This document shows, one piece after another, positions 27,901 through 36,781 of a stretch of DNA of 64,000 nucleotides (position 1 is the stretch's first letter; every line of letters begins with the position of its first letter). The stretch comes from an uncultured Bacteroidales bacterium (lineage in GTDB: Bacteria > Bacteroidota > Bacteroidia > Bacteroidales > WCHB1-69). The stretch covers positions 5,102 to 69,101 of the forward strand of contig CALGTS010000056.1 of the NCBI GenBank assembly GCA_937901925.1. The letters run 5' to 3'. Made by a program: the position numbers and the translations under genes. The notes under the pieces are model-generated. The model was not told where the DNA came from and did no database searches. It saw only the letters and a program-made list of their open reading frames with translations.

Positions 27901-28936
27901 CGCTCCAATCTACAGCTTGTGTGCAAGCATTGTCGTAGAACCAGCCTTCAAAGGTATAACCAGTACGAGTTGGATCATTTGATGGTTTTACACTGCTCAT
28001 AGGATCACCAGGGTTAATCATACCTTCTGGAATAGAAGTTGGATTTGTAGCACCATTCAAAACATAAGAAACTTGCAATGCTTCCTCATAAGAGATACGG
28101 ATATAACCATCGCCACCTTTACCGCCAGCATGGTTATTATTAAGGAATACTCTATAACCTGTAGAACCACCTCCGCCTCCGCCATAATTTCCACCTGTTG
28201 CTCCTGAACCAGTACTAGCAATACCATAATAACCCTTTCCTCCGTCTCCTGCGATACCACTCATCTCATCACCTGCTCCTGCACTGCCGCCATCGCCGCC
28301 TTTACCTTGTAGAAGTGTCAAAAAAGTAGCTCCTTCACCATTTCCGCCATTTCCGCCATCACCTTCGGTTCCAGCTGCGCCGCCGCCACCGCCGCCTGCA
28401 GAATATGCGCCATTTTCGTCACCCAGATCTCCATTTCCACCATTTCCACCGCTATATTTGGTTGTTCCGATAGAGTTGGCTGCTTGTCCACCTTGTGCGC
28501 CTTGTGCGTTATTCTTTCCATCAACCGATTTTCCGCCTTCTGCGCTCACAAGAGTAGTGGAACCATTTTTAACAGTTGAATTTTCGCCATCTCTTGCGGT
28601 GCCATTGGGGTTTTCACCGCCTCTTCCCACAGTAACATTAAGAATAGAGCCTGGAATAACGTTAACGGTAGATTTTGCGTATGCACCACCGCCACCGCCA
28701 CCAGTAGGACGTTCTCTATCATGGTCGCCTGCGAATCCGCCTGCGCCGCCTGCGCCCCAAGCCTCAATGGTAATTTGGGTTACGCCAGTAGGTACAGTCC
28801 ATTCTACTGTTGTACCAGCAGCATTAAATTCTGTTACGGTCTGTGCTTGCGCAGTGCCCAAGAACACACAAGAAAAGAAGGTGCAGATTACTACTGCCCA
28901 CGTCTTTTTTGTCAAAAGTCTAAAATTTTTCTTCAT
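24989..28936 (-). CDS. 1315-aa mosaic cell-surface adhesin-like protein (Gly-rich head; 2 Listeria-Bacteroides repeats; SprB-type repeat; Ig/PKD-like and HYR-like modules; 2 C-terminal FISUMP domains)
   Basis: Start trimmed to MKKNFRLLTKKTWAVVICTFFSCVFLGTAQA. Shows ITIEAWGAGGAGG plus ~250 aa of GG-rich sequence. GYTFEGWFYD...ILYAKW occurs twice. VTCYGGNDGKININ is present, with repeated C..G....L.A.G...Y.W modules. DGNVYNTVQIGDQCWMRENL...YGYLYNW...CPDGWHVPS...GYSVRCV occurs twice (TIGR02145-type). No T9SS CTD is present. Confidence 0.8.
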   Translation of the reverse strand: MKKNFRLLTKKTWAVVICTFFSCVFLGTAQAQTVTEFNAAGTTVEWTVPTGVTQITIEAWGAGGAGGFAGDHDRERPTGGGGGGAYAKSTVNVIPGSILNVTVGRGGENPNGTARDGENSTVKNGSTTLVSAEGGKSVDGKNNAQGAQGGQAANSIGTTKYSGGNGGNGDLGDENGAYSAGGGGGGAAGTEGDGGNGGNGEGATFLTLLQGKGGDGGSAGAGDEMSGIAGDGGKGYYGIASTGSGATGGNYGGGGGGSTGYRVFLNNNHAGGKGGDGYIRISYEEALQVSYVLNGATNPTSIPEGMINPGDPMSSVKPSNDPTRTGYTFEGWFYDNACTQAVDWSANCTQTSNFILYAKWTLNQITVHFNTNGGTPTLSDEQIIIGAAMSTVQPATNPTRTGYNFVGWFYDEALTNAVVWSDNCTATTDFTLYAKWESTLAATFDKVKDVTCYGGNDGKININISDGVAPFTYTLTGAETRNDIAALLGDNAVENLAAGSYNITVKDNSGKEVPATPAQITIEQPAEMTAVTLTTNTDLCGTNITEIKMTASGETGYSYTWAVDPAVNTQESGTGNNIMTISNLGTNTTFNYSVTATNAAGCTKTATKTIAIGTAQVEITTTDADLCYGETTTLTANGANISSYEWSTGATTNSITTPAQVVGDQTYSVTITNNSGCTATDDITVTTHAAVETVSGTSYDICSGQGFNYTPSVSSTSLTYTWTIDSNEGVTGVASQSTPTTAPITGSNLVNNSNEIQTVVYEVTPWEGSCSGTPFTVTINVKPSITNATTSFDIADVNITLYYGACDTLYNVPTPTYTTNYEGTLTLSNNASSVNSGTILGRIAPGTYAIVWKLTDECGNSRNYTKNYIVNYPPCGTDLTAIDTDNNTYQTVRIGCECWTKSNLRTTTYSDGSDVAFARAYSSQAYPDTTANKANFGLLYTWYSAVNVAEGNDTAEPEVKTASGSGYPYVQGVCPEGWAIPSMAQYYNAVSTVANIDGMKSTDINKWLPEHAGTDESGFSAVGAGFYNAGLGFESLLGKTWFWSYDQNIHTAQSASIGYYCNEMLNEEQPKGMGFSVRCIKRDSGEDTPTSAQACPGVPTVTDVDGNVYNTVQIGDQCWMRENLKTTKYANGTNIPLGTEESYEVAYRYYPNGSSANVSDYGYLYNWAAVMNGSASSEANPSGVQGICPDGWHVPSDAEWTELTNYVSSQSQYVCGGDEDNIAKALASEEGWNSSTDNCAVGYNPITNNATGFSARPAGTYTGYYYYFGNRAGFWSATQSNSNYAYNRYLYYNFAVVNSNFYNENIGYSVRCVRN

Positions 28937-29006
28937 AATTAGGTTTATTTTTATTTTTAATTCTTTCAATTTGTTCAATTATGTGAATAATTTAGGTTTA
29001 AACCCG

Positions 29007-29014
29007 CAAAAATA
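29007..29014 (-). promoter_or_regulatory. putative -7 box for the adhesin gene
   Basis: Minus strand reads TATTTTTG, 71 nt upstream of the ATG at 28936. Confidence 0.35.
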
Positions 29015-29430
29015 CACAAAATTTCTTTATGAATGAATATGTAGAGAACAAATCTACAAAAAATATTAGAAAATGCTTTTTTCTCTTAATCTAATCTTAA
29101 AAACAGAGGTATAAAAATCTATTTATCTGTCAAATAAAATTAATAAAAAAAGATTTTTCAAGAGATGAATGTTTGTTTTTTTTTAGTTTTGTAGATAGCC
29201 TTTTACTTTGTTTTAATGCGTTTACTGAGGTCGGTCGCGTCAGATTTGATAAATTTTCTTCAATGATATTTTATGTAATTCAATAGAGGGAGGTTGAAAA
29301 TGTTGTTTGTAATCTCGTTGGCTATCGTTATGAGATGTTGTTTCTCTTTCCCTTGGAAGCCGTTTTTTATCAGCCATTCAAAGATAAATTTTTTATGGAT
29401 AGTTTTGAAGAAAAGGTTGAGTTTCTGGAA

Positions 29431-29466
29431 AAAAGAAAAAGGGAGCAAAACTGCTCCCTTTTTTTC
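29431..29466. terminator. bidirectional rho-independent terminator
   Basis: GGGAGCA-AAAC-TGCTCCC is a 7-bp perfect stem flanked by an A-rich run upstream and T7 downstream. On the minus strand it lies 13 nt after tRNA-Arg(ACG). Confidence 0.7.
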
Positions 29467-29478
29467 GACCCATTTTTG

Positions 29479-29552
29479 TGACCCATGCAGGATTCAAACC
29501 TACAACCTTTTGATCCGTAGTCAAATGCTCTATTCAGTTGAGCTAATGGGCC
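29479..29552 (-). tRNA. tRNA-Arg (anticodon ACG)
   Basis: 74 nt, folded by hand: acceptor GGCCCAT/ATGGGTC, anticodon stem TTTGA/TCAAA, loop CTACGGA, T-arm GTAGG-TTTGAAT-CCTGC. CCA is not encoded. Confidence 0.9.
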
Positions 29553-29560
29553 ATCAGTTG

Positions 29561-29633
<73 letters not shown>

Positions 29634-29651
29634 GTTGTTTTTTGACGACTG

Positions 29652-29659
29652 CAAAAATA
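29652..29659 (-). promoter_or_regulatory. putative -7 box for the tRNA-Phe/tRNA-Arg operon
   Basis: Minus strand reads TATTTTTG, 19 nt upstream of the tRNA-Phe 5' end. Confidence 0.45.
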
Positions 29660-29845
29660 CAACTTTTTTTCAAAAAAACACGATTCGAAATTATTTTTTC
29701 AAAAAATAATGCAACTAATTGATTTTTAGATTTATAAAATTGTGTTTTTATAACAAAAGAACTGTTTTTAATTTCAAATTCTGCTTTTCTGTTATTTTTT
29801 TAGGAAGAAAATCGCAAAAATATTTGCTATTATGGATTTTTTTTT

Positions 29846-29853
29846 TAGTTTTG
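29846..29853 (+). promoter_or_regulatory. putative -7 box for the ClC channel gene
   Basis: TAGTTTTG lies 22 nt upstream of the TTG start at 29875. Confidence 0.4.
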
Positions 29854-29874
29854 CAAAACCAATATTGATATGTT

Positions 29875-31662
29875 TTGAAAGAAAAATTTGAGCGATATAT
29901 AGATATAGCCAGAGAATATCTTTTAGATAAACTTGGCGGTAATAACACCCTTATAGTTTTAAGTGTGTTTACGGGTATTTTTGGCGCAACAGCGGCCATT
30001 GTGATAAAAAATATTATTCACTTTACAATTTCTATATTAGATAGAACTTGTCCTGGACCCATGCACAAGTATATCTATTTAGCTTTTCCTTTGGTGGGAA
30101 TTCTTCTGACAATTCTTTTCCTTCAAAAGGTTGTAAAGGATAAAATTAGTCATGGGGTTAGCATTGCTATGAAAGCAATTGGTAAAAGTAAGGGAAAACT
30201 TCGTCGGCACAATATATACTCCTCTATTGTGGCGAGTTCACTTACGGTTGGCTTTGGCGGTTCTGTGGGTTTGGAAGCTCCGATGGTACTAACAGGATCA
30301 GGTATAGGGTCCAATTTGGCGCAGCTTTTTAAACTTAATAGCAAGCAAACAACCTTGCTTTTAGCATGCGGTTCAACGGCAACAATTGCAGCCGTTTTCA
30401 AAGCTCCTGTAGCCGCAATTATTTTTGCCATAGAGGTGCTAATGATCGATTTTACAGCAACGGCAGTGGTCCCTTTGCTTATTTCTGCAGGTACAGGAAC
30501 CGTGTTGTCCCTTCTGTTTTTAGGAAAAGATGTGATGTTTTCTATTCCGAATATTGAATATGGAATGAAAAATATTCCACTTTACATTGTTTTGGGACTT
30601 CTATGTGGTGCAGTTTCTATCTATTTTTTTAGAGTTTTACGTTTCGTAGAACAGATTTTTTCAAAAATCAAAAAAATCTATTTACGAGGTATTGTCGGTG
30701 GAATCTGTTTGGGAATATTGATTTTTCTATTTCCCGTTTTTTATGGTGAGGGTTACGAAAATCTTTCCTTACTGATGCAAAATGATTTTGATGTAGTATA
30801 TCGAAATTCACCTTTGGCAGTTTTTCAACACAATAACCTATTTATGATTGTTATATTGTTGTTGATTATTCTTCTGAAAGTTTTTGCTACAGGAATCACA
30901 ACCTCTGCAGGTGGAATTGGCGGTGTTTTTGCTCCATCACTTTTTGTAGGTGCATTTACTGGACTATTTATGGCCATTATCTGTAATAATATTATTGGTT
31001 TTTCTGTTGTTCCTGTTAATTTTATGTTGGCAGGTATGGCAGGTGTGATGGGGGGTGTAATGCACGCTCCTGTTACAGCTATCTTTCTTATTGCAGAGCT
31101 TTCAAGTGGCTATTCTCTTCTTATTCCTCTGATGATGACTGCGGCGTTCTCCTATTTAACTGTAAAACCTATCGAAAAACACTCTATTTATAGTCGTAAT
31201 TTGGCAGAAAAAGGAGTTCTAAAAACCCATAATAAAGATAAATTTGCTATGAAACAACTTGATTGGAAAAATCTAGTTGATAATAATATCCTTACAATCA
31301 ATATTTCTGCTACACTTCGCGAATATACACAAGTAATTGCTAAGTCAAAACGTAATATCTTTGTGGTTTTAGATGATAATCAGTTGTTTGCTGGTTTGTT
31401 GATTATGGATGATCATCGAGAGATGATTTTTAAACAAGAACTTTATGATACAACTTTTGTACGAAATCTAATGATTACCCCTGATACTTTTATTTTTGTT
31501 TATGATACAGATTCGGGTGAAGAGGTAATTCAAAAATTTAAAGAATCAGGTAACTTTAATTTGCCAGTTATTACAAAAGAGCGTCATTATTTAGGCTTTC
31601 TCTCAAAAGCAAAAGTTCTTACAGCATACAAGGAGGTTGTGGCAGAAGAATCTGAAGATTAA
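29875..31662 (+). CDS. ClC-family chloride channel/antiporter with C-terminal CBS pair
   Basis: 595 aa with GSVGLEAP (selectivity filter GSGIP-type context), GGIGGVFAPSLFVGA and a C-terminal CBS-like region. It has a TTG start, and the nearest upstream ATG (29869) hits a stop after two codons. Confidence 0.85.
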   Translation: MKEKFERYIDIAREYLLDKLGGNNTLIVLSVFTGIFGATAAIVIKNIIHFTISILDRTCPGPMHKYIYLAFPLVGILLTILFLQKVVKDKISHGVSIAMKAIGKSKGKLRRHNIYSSIVASSLTVGFGGSVGLEAPMVLTGSGIGSNLAQLFKLNSKQTTLLLACGSTATIAAVFKAPVAAIIFAIEVLMIDFTATAVVPLLISAGTGTVLSLLFLGKDVMFSIPNIEYGMKNIPLYIVLGLLCGAVSIYFFRVLRFVEQIFSKIKKIYLRGIVGGICLGILIFLFPVFYGEGYENLSLLMQNDFDVVYRNSPLAVFQHNNLFMIVILLLIILLKVFATGITTSAGGIGGVFAPSLFVGAFTGLFMAIICNNIIGFSVVPVNFMLAGMAGVMGGVMHAPVTAIFLIAELSSGYSLLIPLMMTAAFSYLTVKPIEKHSIYSRNLAEKGVLKTHNKDKFAMKQLDWKNLVDNNILTINISATLREYTQVIAKSKRNIFVVLDDNQLFAGLLIMDDHREMIFKQELYDTTFVRNLMITPDTFIFVYDTDSGEEVIQKFKESGNFNLPVITKERHYLGFLSKAKVLTAYKEVVAEESED

Positions 31663-31663
31663 T

Positions 31664-32386
31664 ATGAATTTGGTAATAGATATTGGAAATACTTTGCAAA
31701 AAATTGCCCTTTTCTCAGAGGGTTGTTCAGCACCTATCGTTTATAGTTTCCCAAAAATTGATCTAATAATTTTAGAAAAACTCTTTTCTCAATATAAGAT
31801 TGAGAAATCCATAATATCTTCTGTTGCTTCGTGTGATCCACAAGTAGAAGCTTATCTTGCAGAACATAGTCATTGGGTTGCCTTTTCTGTGAAAAGTAAT
31901 CTTCCGATAAAGATCGATTACGAAACACCCGAAACATTAGGTTTAGATAGAATTGCTAATGCTGTTGGTGCAGCAACGCTATTTCCAAATGAAAATGTAT
32001 TGTCAATACAAGCAGGAACTTGTTTGGTTGCAGATTTTGTGTCTGCTGATGGTACTTATAAAGGTGGTTCTATCTCTCCAGGTTTATTTATGCGATTTCG
32101 GGCACTTCATCATTTTACCCAACGCTTACCCCAAGAATCGTTCTCAGAATTGGAAGACAATATAGGAAGAAATACTCAAACATCAATACAAATAGGTGTA
32201 ATTAAGGGAGTTATATATGAAATAGAGGGAATAATAAATTCATACGAAAATCGTTATAAGGGGTTGAAAACCATACTGACAGGAGGCGATTTGGAGCACT
32301 TGCAGAAGTCAATAAAAAATACGATATTTGCAGCCCCAAATTTAGTCCTTTGGGGTCTGAATAAAATTTTAGAAATTAATGGATAA
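31664..32386 (+). CDS. coaX: type III pantothenate kinase
   Basis: Start trimmed to MNLVIDIGNT (ASKHA phosphate-1 motif). Also shows GLDRIANAVGA and SIQAGTCLVADF. Confidence 0.85.
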   Translation: MNLVIDIGNTLQKIALFSEGCSAPIVYSFPKIDLIILEKLFSQYKIEKSIISSVASCDPQVEAYLAEHSHWVAFSVKSNLPIKIDYETPETLGLDRIANAVGAATLFPNENVLSIQAGTCLVADFVSADGTYKGGSISPGLFMRFRALHHFTQRLPQESFSELEDNIGRNTQTSIQIGVIKGVIYEIEGIINSYENRYKGLKTILTGGDLEHLQKSIKNTIFAAPNLVLWGLNKILEING

Positions 32387-33674
32387 TAAAGTAAATATCA
32401 CGACTTTGTGGATTGTAATTCTGATGCTGTTTTGTGTTACTTTATCAGCGCAAAATGAGATTCAATCTCCCTATTCGAACTTTGGAATTGGTGTGCCAAC
32501 AAATCGTACAAATGGTATGCTAAATTCTATGGGTGGAGTTGCGTATGCAATACAAAGTCCATATTTTGTCAACTTTAAGAATCCTGCTTCTTATGCAGTT
32601 TTTGATTCATTATCTTTTGTTGCGGATGCTAGTATGAGTATCTACTCTACTCACTTGGAAACAGATGAGTTGAGGCAAAAAGGTTCCTTCGCACGCGCCG
32701 ATTATTTGGCTATAGGTTTGCCAATAACTCGTCATTGGCGTACAAGTGTTGGAATTCTTCCTTTTAGTGATTTAGGTTACGATATCACTACGACAAGAAA
32801 TATCGAAAATATTGGTGAAGTAAGGTACGACTATTCAGGTACGGGTGGTCTTGTACAATTTTATTGGGGTAATGCTTTCAAAATTTGCAAAGGGTTATCT
32901 ATAGGATTAAATATCTCTTATCTTTTTGGTAATTTAAATACATTGAATTATGCCTATTTTTCAGGTCAGAATTTTCTAAACTCTCGCGTAGCCAATATTA
33001 ATTATGTGGATGGAATCTATTTAACAGGTGGAATTCAGTACGTAACCAAAATTCAAGAGAAACATACCTTAGGTTTTGGTTTGGTTTACGAAAATTCAGC
33101 CTACGTTTGGACGCGTGAGAACTTGCTTATAAATACCTTTACTGGTAGCGGCTTTAGTGCTTCTACTGCAGTAGATACAGTTGTTTGTCGTTTCGATGAT
33201 GATGCTATTCGGGGTACAGCAAAACTTCCTCAAACTATTGGTGGAGGAATCTCTTATAGCTATAAAGATATTTTGAAAGTAGGAGCTGATGTAACGTGGG
33301 AAAATTGGTCCCGTTTTTCAATGAATAACACTGATTCTAAAATGTTTAAAGACGCCATTATTTCGGCAGTAGGTCTTCAATATATTCCTAATCCAACATC
33401 ACCTAAATATATGAAGCGGATTAATTTTAGAGCAGGAGCTCGATATTCAACAGGATATTTGAATATCAGGAATCAACCGATTCAGGAGTTTTCTGTTGCT
33501 TGTGGAATAGGTTTCCCTATCAGAACTTTCAACTTTAACTCCTCTTTTAATGTGATGTTTGAATATATTCATACCGGAACTACCAAAGAGCAGTTGATAC
33601 AGCAAAACTATTATCGCTTCTCATTTAGTTTTACTCTTTACGAAAAATGGTACCAACGAGTAAAATTAGATTAA
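32379..33674 (+). CDS. putative outer-membrane beta-barrel protein (FadL/PorV-like N-terminal motif)
   Basis: Has a signal peptide, NSMGGVAYAIQSPYFVNFKNPAS near the N-terminus, an amphipathic beta-strand pattern and aromatic-rich strands near the C-terminus. It overlaps coaX by 8 nt. Confidence 0.55.
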   Translation: MDNKVNITTLWIVILMLFCVTLSAQNEIQSPYSNFGIGVPTNRTNGMLNSMGGVAYAIQSPYFVNFKNPASYAVFDSLSFVADASMSIYSTHLETDELRQKGSFARADYLAIGLPITRHWRTSVGILPFSDLGYDITTTRNIENIGEVRYDYSGTGGLVQFYWGNAFKICKGLSIGLNISYLFGNLNTLNYAYFSGQNFLNSRVANINYVDGIYLTGGIQYVTKIQEKHTLGFGLVYENSAYVWTRENLLINTFTGSGFSASTAVDTVVCRFDDDAIRGTAKLPQTIGGGISYSYKDILKVGADVTWENWSRFSMNNTDSKMFKDAIISAVGLQYIPNPTSPKYMKRINFRAGARYSTGYLNIRNQPIQEFSVACGIGFPIRTFNFNSSFNVMFEYIHTGTTKEQLIQQNYYRFSFSFTLYEKWYQRVKLD

Positions 33675-33729
33675 ACGTTTAAGATACTTTACAATCAGAG
33701 ATAATCAATAATCAAAATAATTTATCCAA

Positions 33730-35178
33730 ATGAAAAAAATCGTATTATTATTTACTTTTTTTGCGTTGAGCTTCGGCGCATTTTCTCAAAATAGCATTTG
33801 TAATGGTTACGGAGCCACGGAAGATGACTCATTGCAATGTCTTGAGCAAATAACACTTTTCCGTCAATTTACCAAACAAAAAGATTATCCGAAAGCTTAC
33901 GAACATTGGCGTAACGTTATTGCACAATGTCCTTGTTCATGGAATGGTATCTATACCAATTCATCCATTCAAAACATTTTTGAAGCATTAATTAAGCAAT
34001 CAAAAGCAGATGGAGATACGGCAAGAGCAGAAGTTTTAGTCGATTCTTTAATTTGGGTTTATACTGTAAGAAGTACCTATTTCCCTGATAAATATTCTGC
34101 AGGTGAGGATAAAGGTTGGATTGCTTACAATATGACGCGTTTCAGACAGAAAGAGTTTGAAACGGCTTATCCACTCTTTATTGAAGCTATCGAAAGTTCA
34201 AAAGAGGAAACACAACCTATCATCTTTAATGTGTTCTTCGGTGTATCTCAACTTATGACCAAGGCGAAAAAAGATACAACCTACGTTATTGATGCGTATG
34301 AAAGAGCAACTACTTATCTTGAACAAGCTATTGATAACTATAACAAGCAATTGGATAAGATAATGCCAAGTTTATATGCTTTGGATTCAAATTTAGCAGC
34401 AGGTACAATTGATTCTAATGCTTATAAAGTACAAACAGGAAAAATTGGAAAAGATACAGCTAAAGTTAATAAATATATCAGCAACTATGCTAAGACTTTG
34501 GGCAATATTGAAAGTAAATTTACTCCGTATGCACCTTGCCATGTTTTAGACCAAATTTATGGCAAAAAATTGGCTGAAAATCGTGATAATTTGACAGTTT
34601 TGAAGAAAATCATTCACACTATGCAAAAATCAGATTGTAGTAAATCAGATATTTTCGTAGAAGCATTGGAGATTGTTCACAAAGCTGAACCAAGTGCAAA
34701 CTCAGCATACCAAATGGGTTTACGTTCATTAGGAAGAGCCGACTATGATGCTGCAGTAGCTTATTTCAAAGAAGCAATTTCTATGTTTGAAACCAATGAA
34801 AAGAAAGCAAACGCATATTTCTTCTTGGCAACAACATTGCAAGCAAAAGAAAATTATTCTGAATCTCGTGCAGCTGCTTTAGAAGCTATTAAATTGAAAC
34901 CTAATATGGGTAAAGCTTATATGTTGATTGGTGACCTTTATCACTATTCTGGTAGAAGATGTTCTGGTGAAGGTTCTCTTCCAAATGCAAACAATTGGGC
35001 AGCAGCTGATAAATATAGCAGAGCTTTAGCTGTTGATCCTTCTTTGGAACAAACTATTAGAGAAAAGAGATCTAAACTTGCTTTTCCAAGTGATCAAGAT
35101 AAATTTGTCAGAGGTTTGCAAAATGGCAGCTCTTATCGCGTAGGTTGTTGGATTAATGAAACAACAACTGTTCGTTAG
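33730..35178 (+). CDS. tetratricopeptide-repeat protein, secreted
   Basis: Has a signal peptide and TPR-like A/Y/L periodicity in the C-terminal half (AYQMGLRSLGRADYDAAVAYFKEAI...). Confidence 0.6.
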   Translation: MKKIVLLFTFFALSFGAFSQNSICNGYGATEDDSLQCLEQITLFRQFTKQKDYPKAYEHWRNVIAQCPCSWNGIYTNSSIQNIFEALIKQSKADGDTARAEVLVDSLIWVYTVRSTYFPDKYSAGEDKGWIAYNMTRFRQKEFETAYPLFIEAIESSKEETQPIIFNVFFGVSQLMTKAKKDTTYVIDAYERATTYLEQAIDNYNKQLDKIMPSLYALDSNLAAGTIDSNAYKVQTGKIGKDTAKVNKYISNYAKTLGNIESKFTPYAPCHVLDQIYGKKLAENRDNLTVLKKIIHTMQKSDCSKSDIFVEALEIVHKAEPSANSAYQMGLRSLGRADYDAAVAYFKEAISMFETNEKKANAYFFLATTLQAKENYSESRAAALEAIKLKPNMGKAYMLIGDLYHYSGRRCSGEGSLPNANNWAAADKYSRALAVDPSLEQTIREKRSKLAFPSDQDKFVRGLQNGSSYRVGCWINETTTVR

Positions 35179-35200
35179 TGATATATCATATTTTAGTATT

Positions 35201-35752
35201 ATGATAAGAATTATCAAAAACGCCATCCCTTTTCTTTGTGGGGTGGCGTTTTGTTTCTCTTGTAACTCGAAATCAGAATTTCTTACGCCAGTTTGTTTCG
35301 ATGGAAAATATCCTGATGAATCGGCACAGGATATTGAAATTGTTGTAAGTGATTCAGGAGAGGTTAACTTTAAAATTTTTGCACCTGTGATGAACAAATA
35401 TGAAGGGGCAAACTCCTATATGGATTTTCCGGAAGGAATTATAGTGACCTCCTATAGCAATGGGGAAAAGCATTCTGTTCTAACAGCAGATTATGCCATA
35501 AGTGAGGATAGGATTCAGCGTATGGAGGCATCTAAAAATGTTGTTATCACAGATCTCCAGAAAAAGGAATCAATACGAACAGAACAAATAATTTGGGATA
35601 AACGCAATAAGATTATCTACTCTAATGTAGAAGTAGTACAAATAAAAGCCGACGGAACGACAAATCGTGGCGACGGCTTTGAGGCGGACGAGAGATTTAC
35701 TAAATATTCGATTAGAAATCCTCGTGGCGAAATGTTAGCAAATGAATTTTAA
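35201..35752 (+). CDS. lptC: LPS export system protein LptC (Bacteroidota lipoprotein-type)
   Basis: Start trimmed to MIRIIKNAIPFLCGVAFCFSC. SDSGEVNFKIFAP...LTADYAI...ASKNVVI...TEQIIWDK...GDGFEADERF matches the LptC/OstA-like fold pattern, in a conserved coaX-proximal context. Confidence 0.7.
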   Translation: MIRIIKNAIPFLCGVAFCFSCNSKSEFLTPVCFDGKYPDESAQDIEIVVSDSGEVNFKIFAPVMNKYEGANSYMDFPEGIIVTSYSNGEKHSVLTADYAISEDRIQRMEASKNVVITDLQKKESIRTEQIIWDKRNKIIYSNVEVVQIKADGTTNRGDGFEADERFTKYSIRNPRGEMLANEF

Positions 35753-36777
35753 TTTGTTGCAGGACCAAACTGCTCAATGAAACGCACATCATTTTCAAAA
35801 TAGAGGCGGATATCATTGGTCTTGTATTTTAGCATAGTCATTCTTTCGATACCTAAGCCAAAAGCGTATCCTGTGTATTTTGTGCTATCAATACCACAAC
35901 TTTCCAACACATTTGGATCGACCATACCGCAGCCCAAAATCTCTACCCAGCCGGAGTGTTTACATACATTGCAGCCCTTTCCACCACAGATTTTGCATTC
36001 GATATCCATTTCTGCAGAAGGTTCTGTAAATGGGAAAAATGAAGGACGCAAGCGGATTTTAGTATCCTCCCCGAACATCTCTTTGGCGAAGTGTAGTAGC
36101 ACTTGTTTCATTTCGGCAAAAGAAACTTCTTCAGCAATATAAAGACCTTCGATTTGGTGGAATATGCAGTGTGAGCGAGCAGTAATTGTTTCGTTACGGA
36201 ATACGCGACCTGGACAGATTACGCGAATAGGGGGTTGCGTAGTTTCCATTGTTCTTACTTGCAGTGAAGAGGTGTGCGTACGGAGCAGAATATCGGGACG
36301 AAGTTCGATAAAGAATGTATCTTGCATATCGCGTGCAGGGTGCTCTGGAGGAAAATTTAGTGCAGAAAAAACGTGCCAATCATCCTCAATATCAGGCCCA
36401 TTTACGGAAACAAATCCAATTTTTTCGAAGATTTCGCAAACATTATTCATCATAATGGAAACGGGATGCATAGAGCCTTTGGGCAATGATGCAACGGGGC
36501 GTGTAAGATCAATAATTTCGCATTGTGAAAGCGCAGCTTCTTCAAGCCTTTCTTTATGACTTTCAAAAATATTTTGAGCCTCCTGTTTCAAAAGATTTAC
36601 TTGTTGTCCGAAATCTTTACGTAATTCAGGTGCAATGTTTTTAATTTCGCTTAATAACTGTTGAAGTTCACTTTTTTTACTTAAAAAGTGCAAACGAAAC
36701 TGTTCCAATTGTTCTTGGTTTTCAACAACAAATTGGTTAAGTTCATTTTTAATATCTTCAATTTTGCTCATTTTCAA
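35749..36777 (-). CDS. pheS: phenylalanine--tRNA ligase alpha subunit
   Basis: 342 aa with class II motifs FPPEHPARDMQDTFF, RTHTSSLQVR, GRVFRNE, and GLGIERM at the C-terminus. Confidence 0.95.
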   Translation of the reverse strand: MKMSKIEDIKNELNQFVVENQEQLEQFRLHFLSKKSELQQLLSEIKNIAPELRKDFGQQVNLLKQEAQNIFESHKERLEEAALSQCEIIDLTRPVASLPKGSMHPVSIMMNNVCEIFEKIGFVSVNGPDIEDDWHVFSALNFPPEHPARDMQDTFFIELRPDILLRTHTSSLQVRTMETTQPPIRVICPGRVFRNETITARSHCIFHQIEGLYIAEEVSFAEMKQVLLHFAKEMFGEDTKIRLRPSFFPFTEPSAEMDIECKICGGKGCNVCKHSGWVEILGCGMVDPNVLESCGIDSTKYTGYAFGLGIERMTMLKYKTNDIRLYFENDVRFIEQFGPATN

Positions 36778-36781
36778 TCAA

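Noticed and set aside
28458-29036. 192-aa plus-strand ORF and several 67-73-aa ORFs on both strands inside 28057-28942.
   Set aside because: They mirror the Gly-codon-rich (GGN/NCC) head of the adhesin gene and give Pro/Ala-rich nonsense. They lie fully inside a much longer ORF with recognisable domains.
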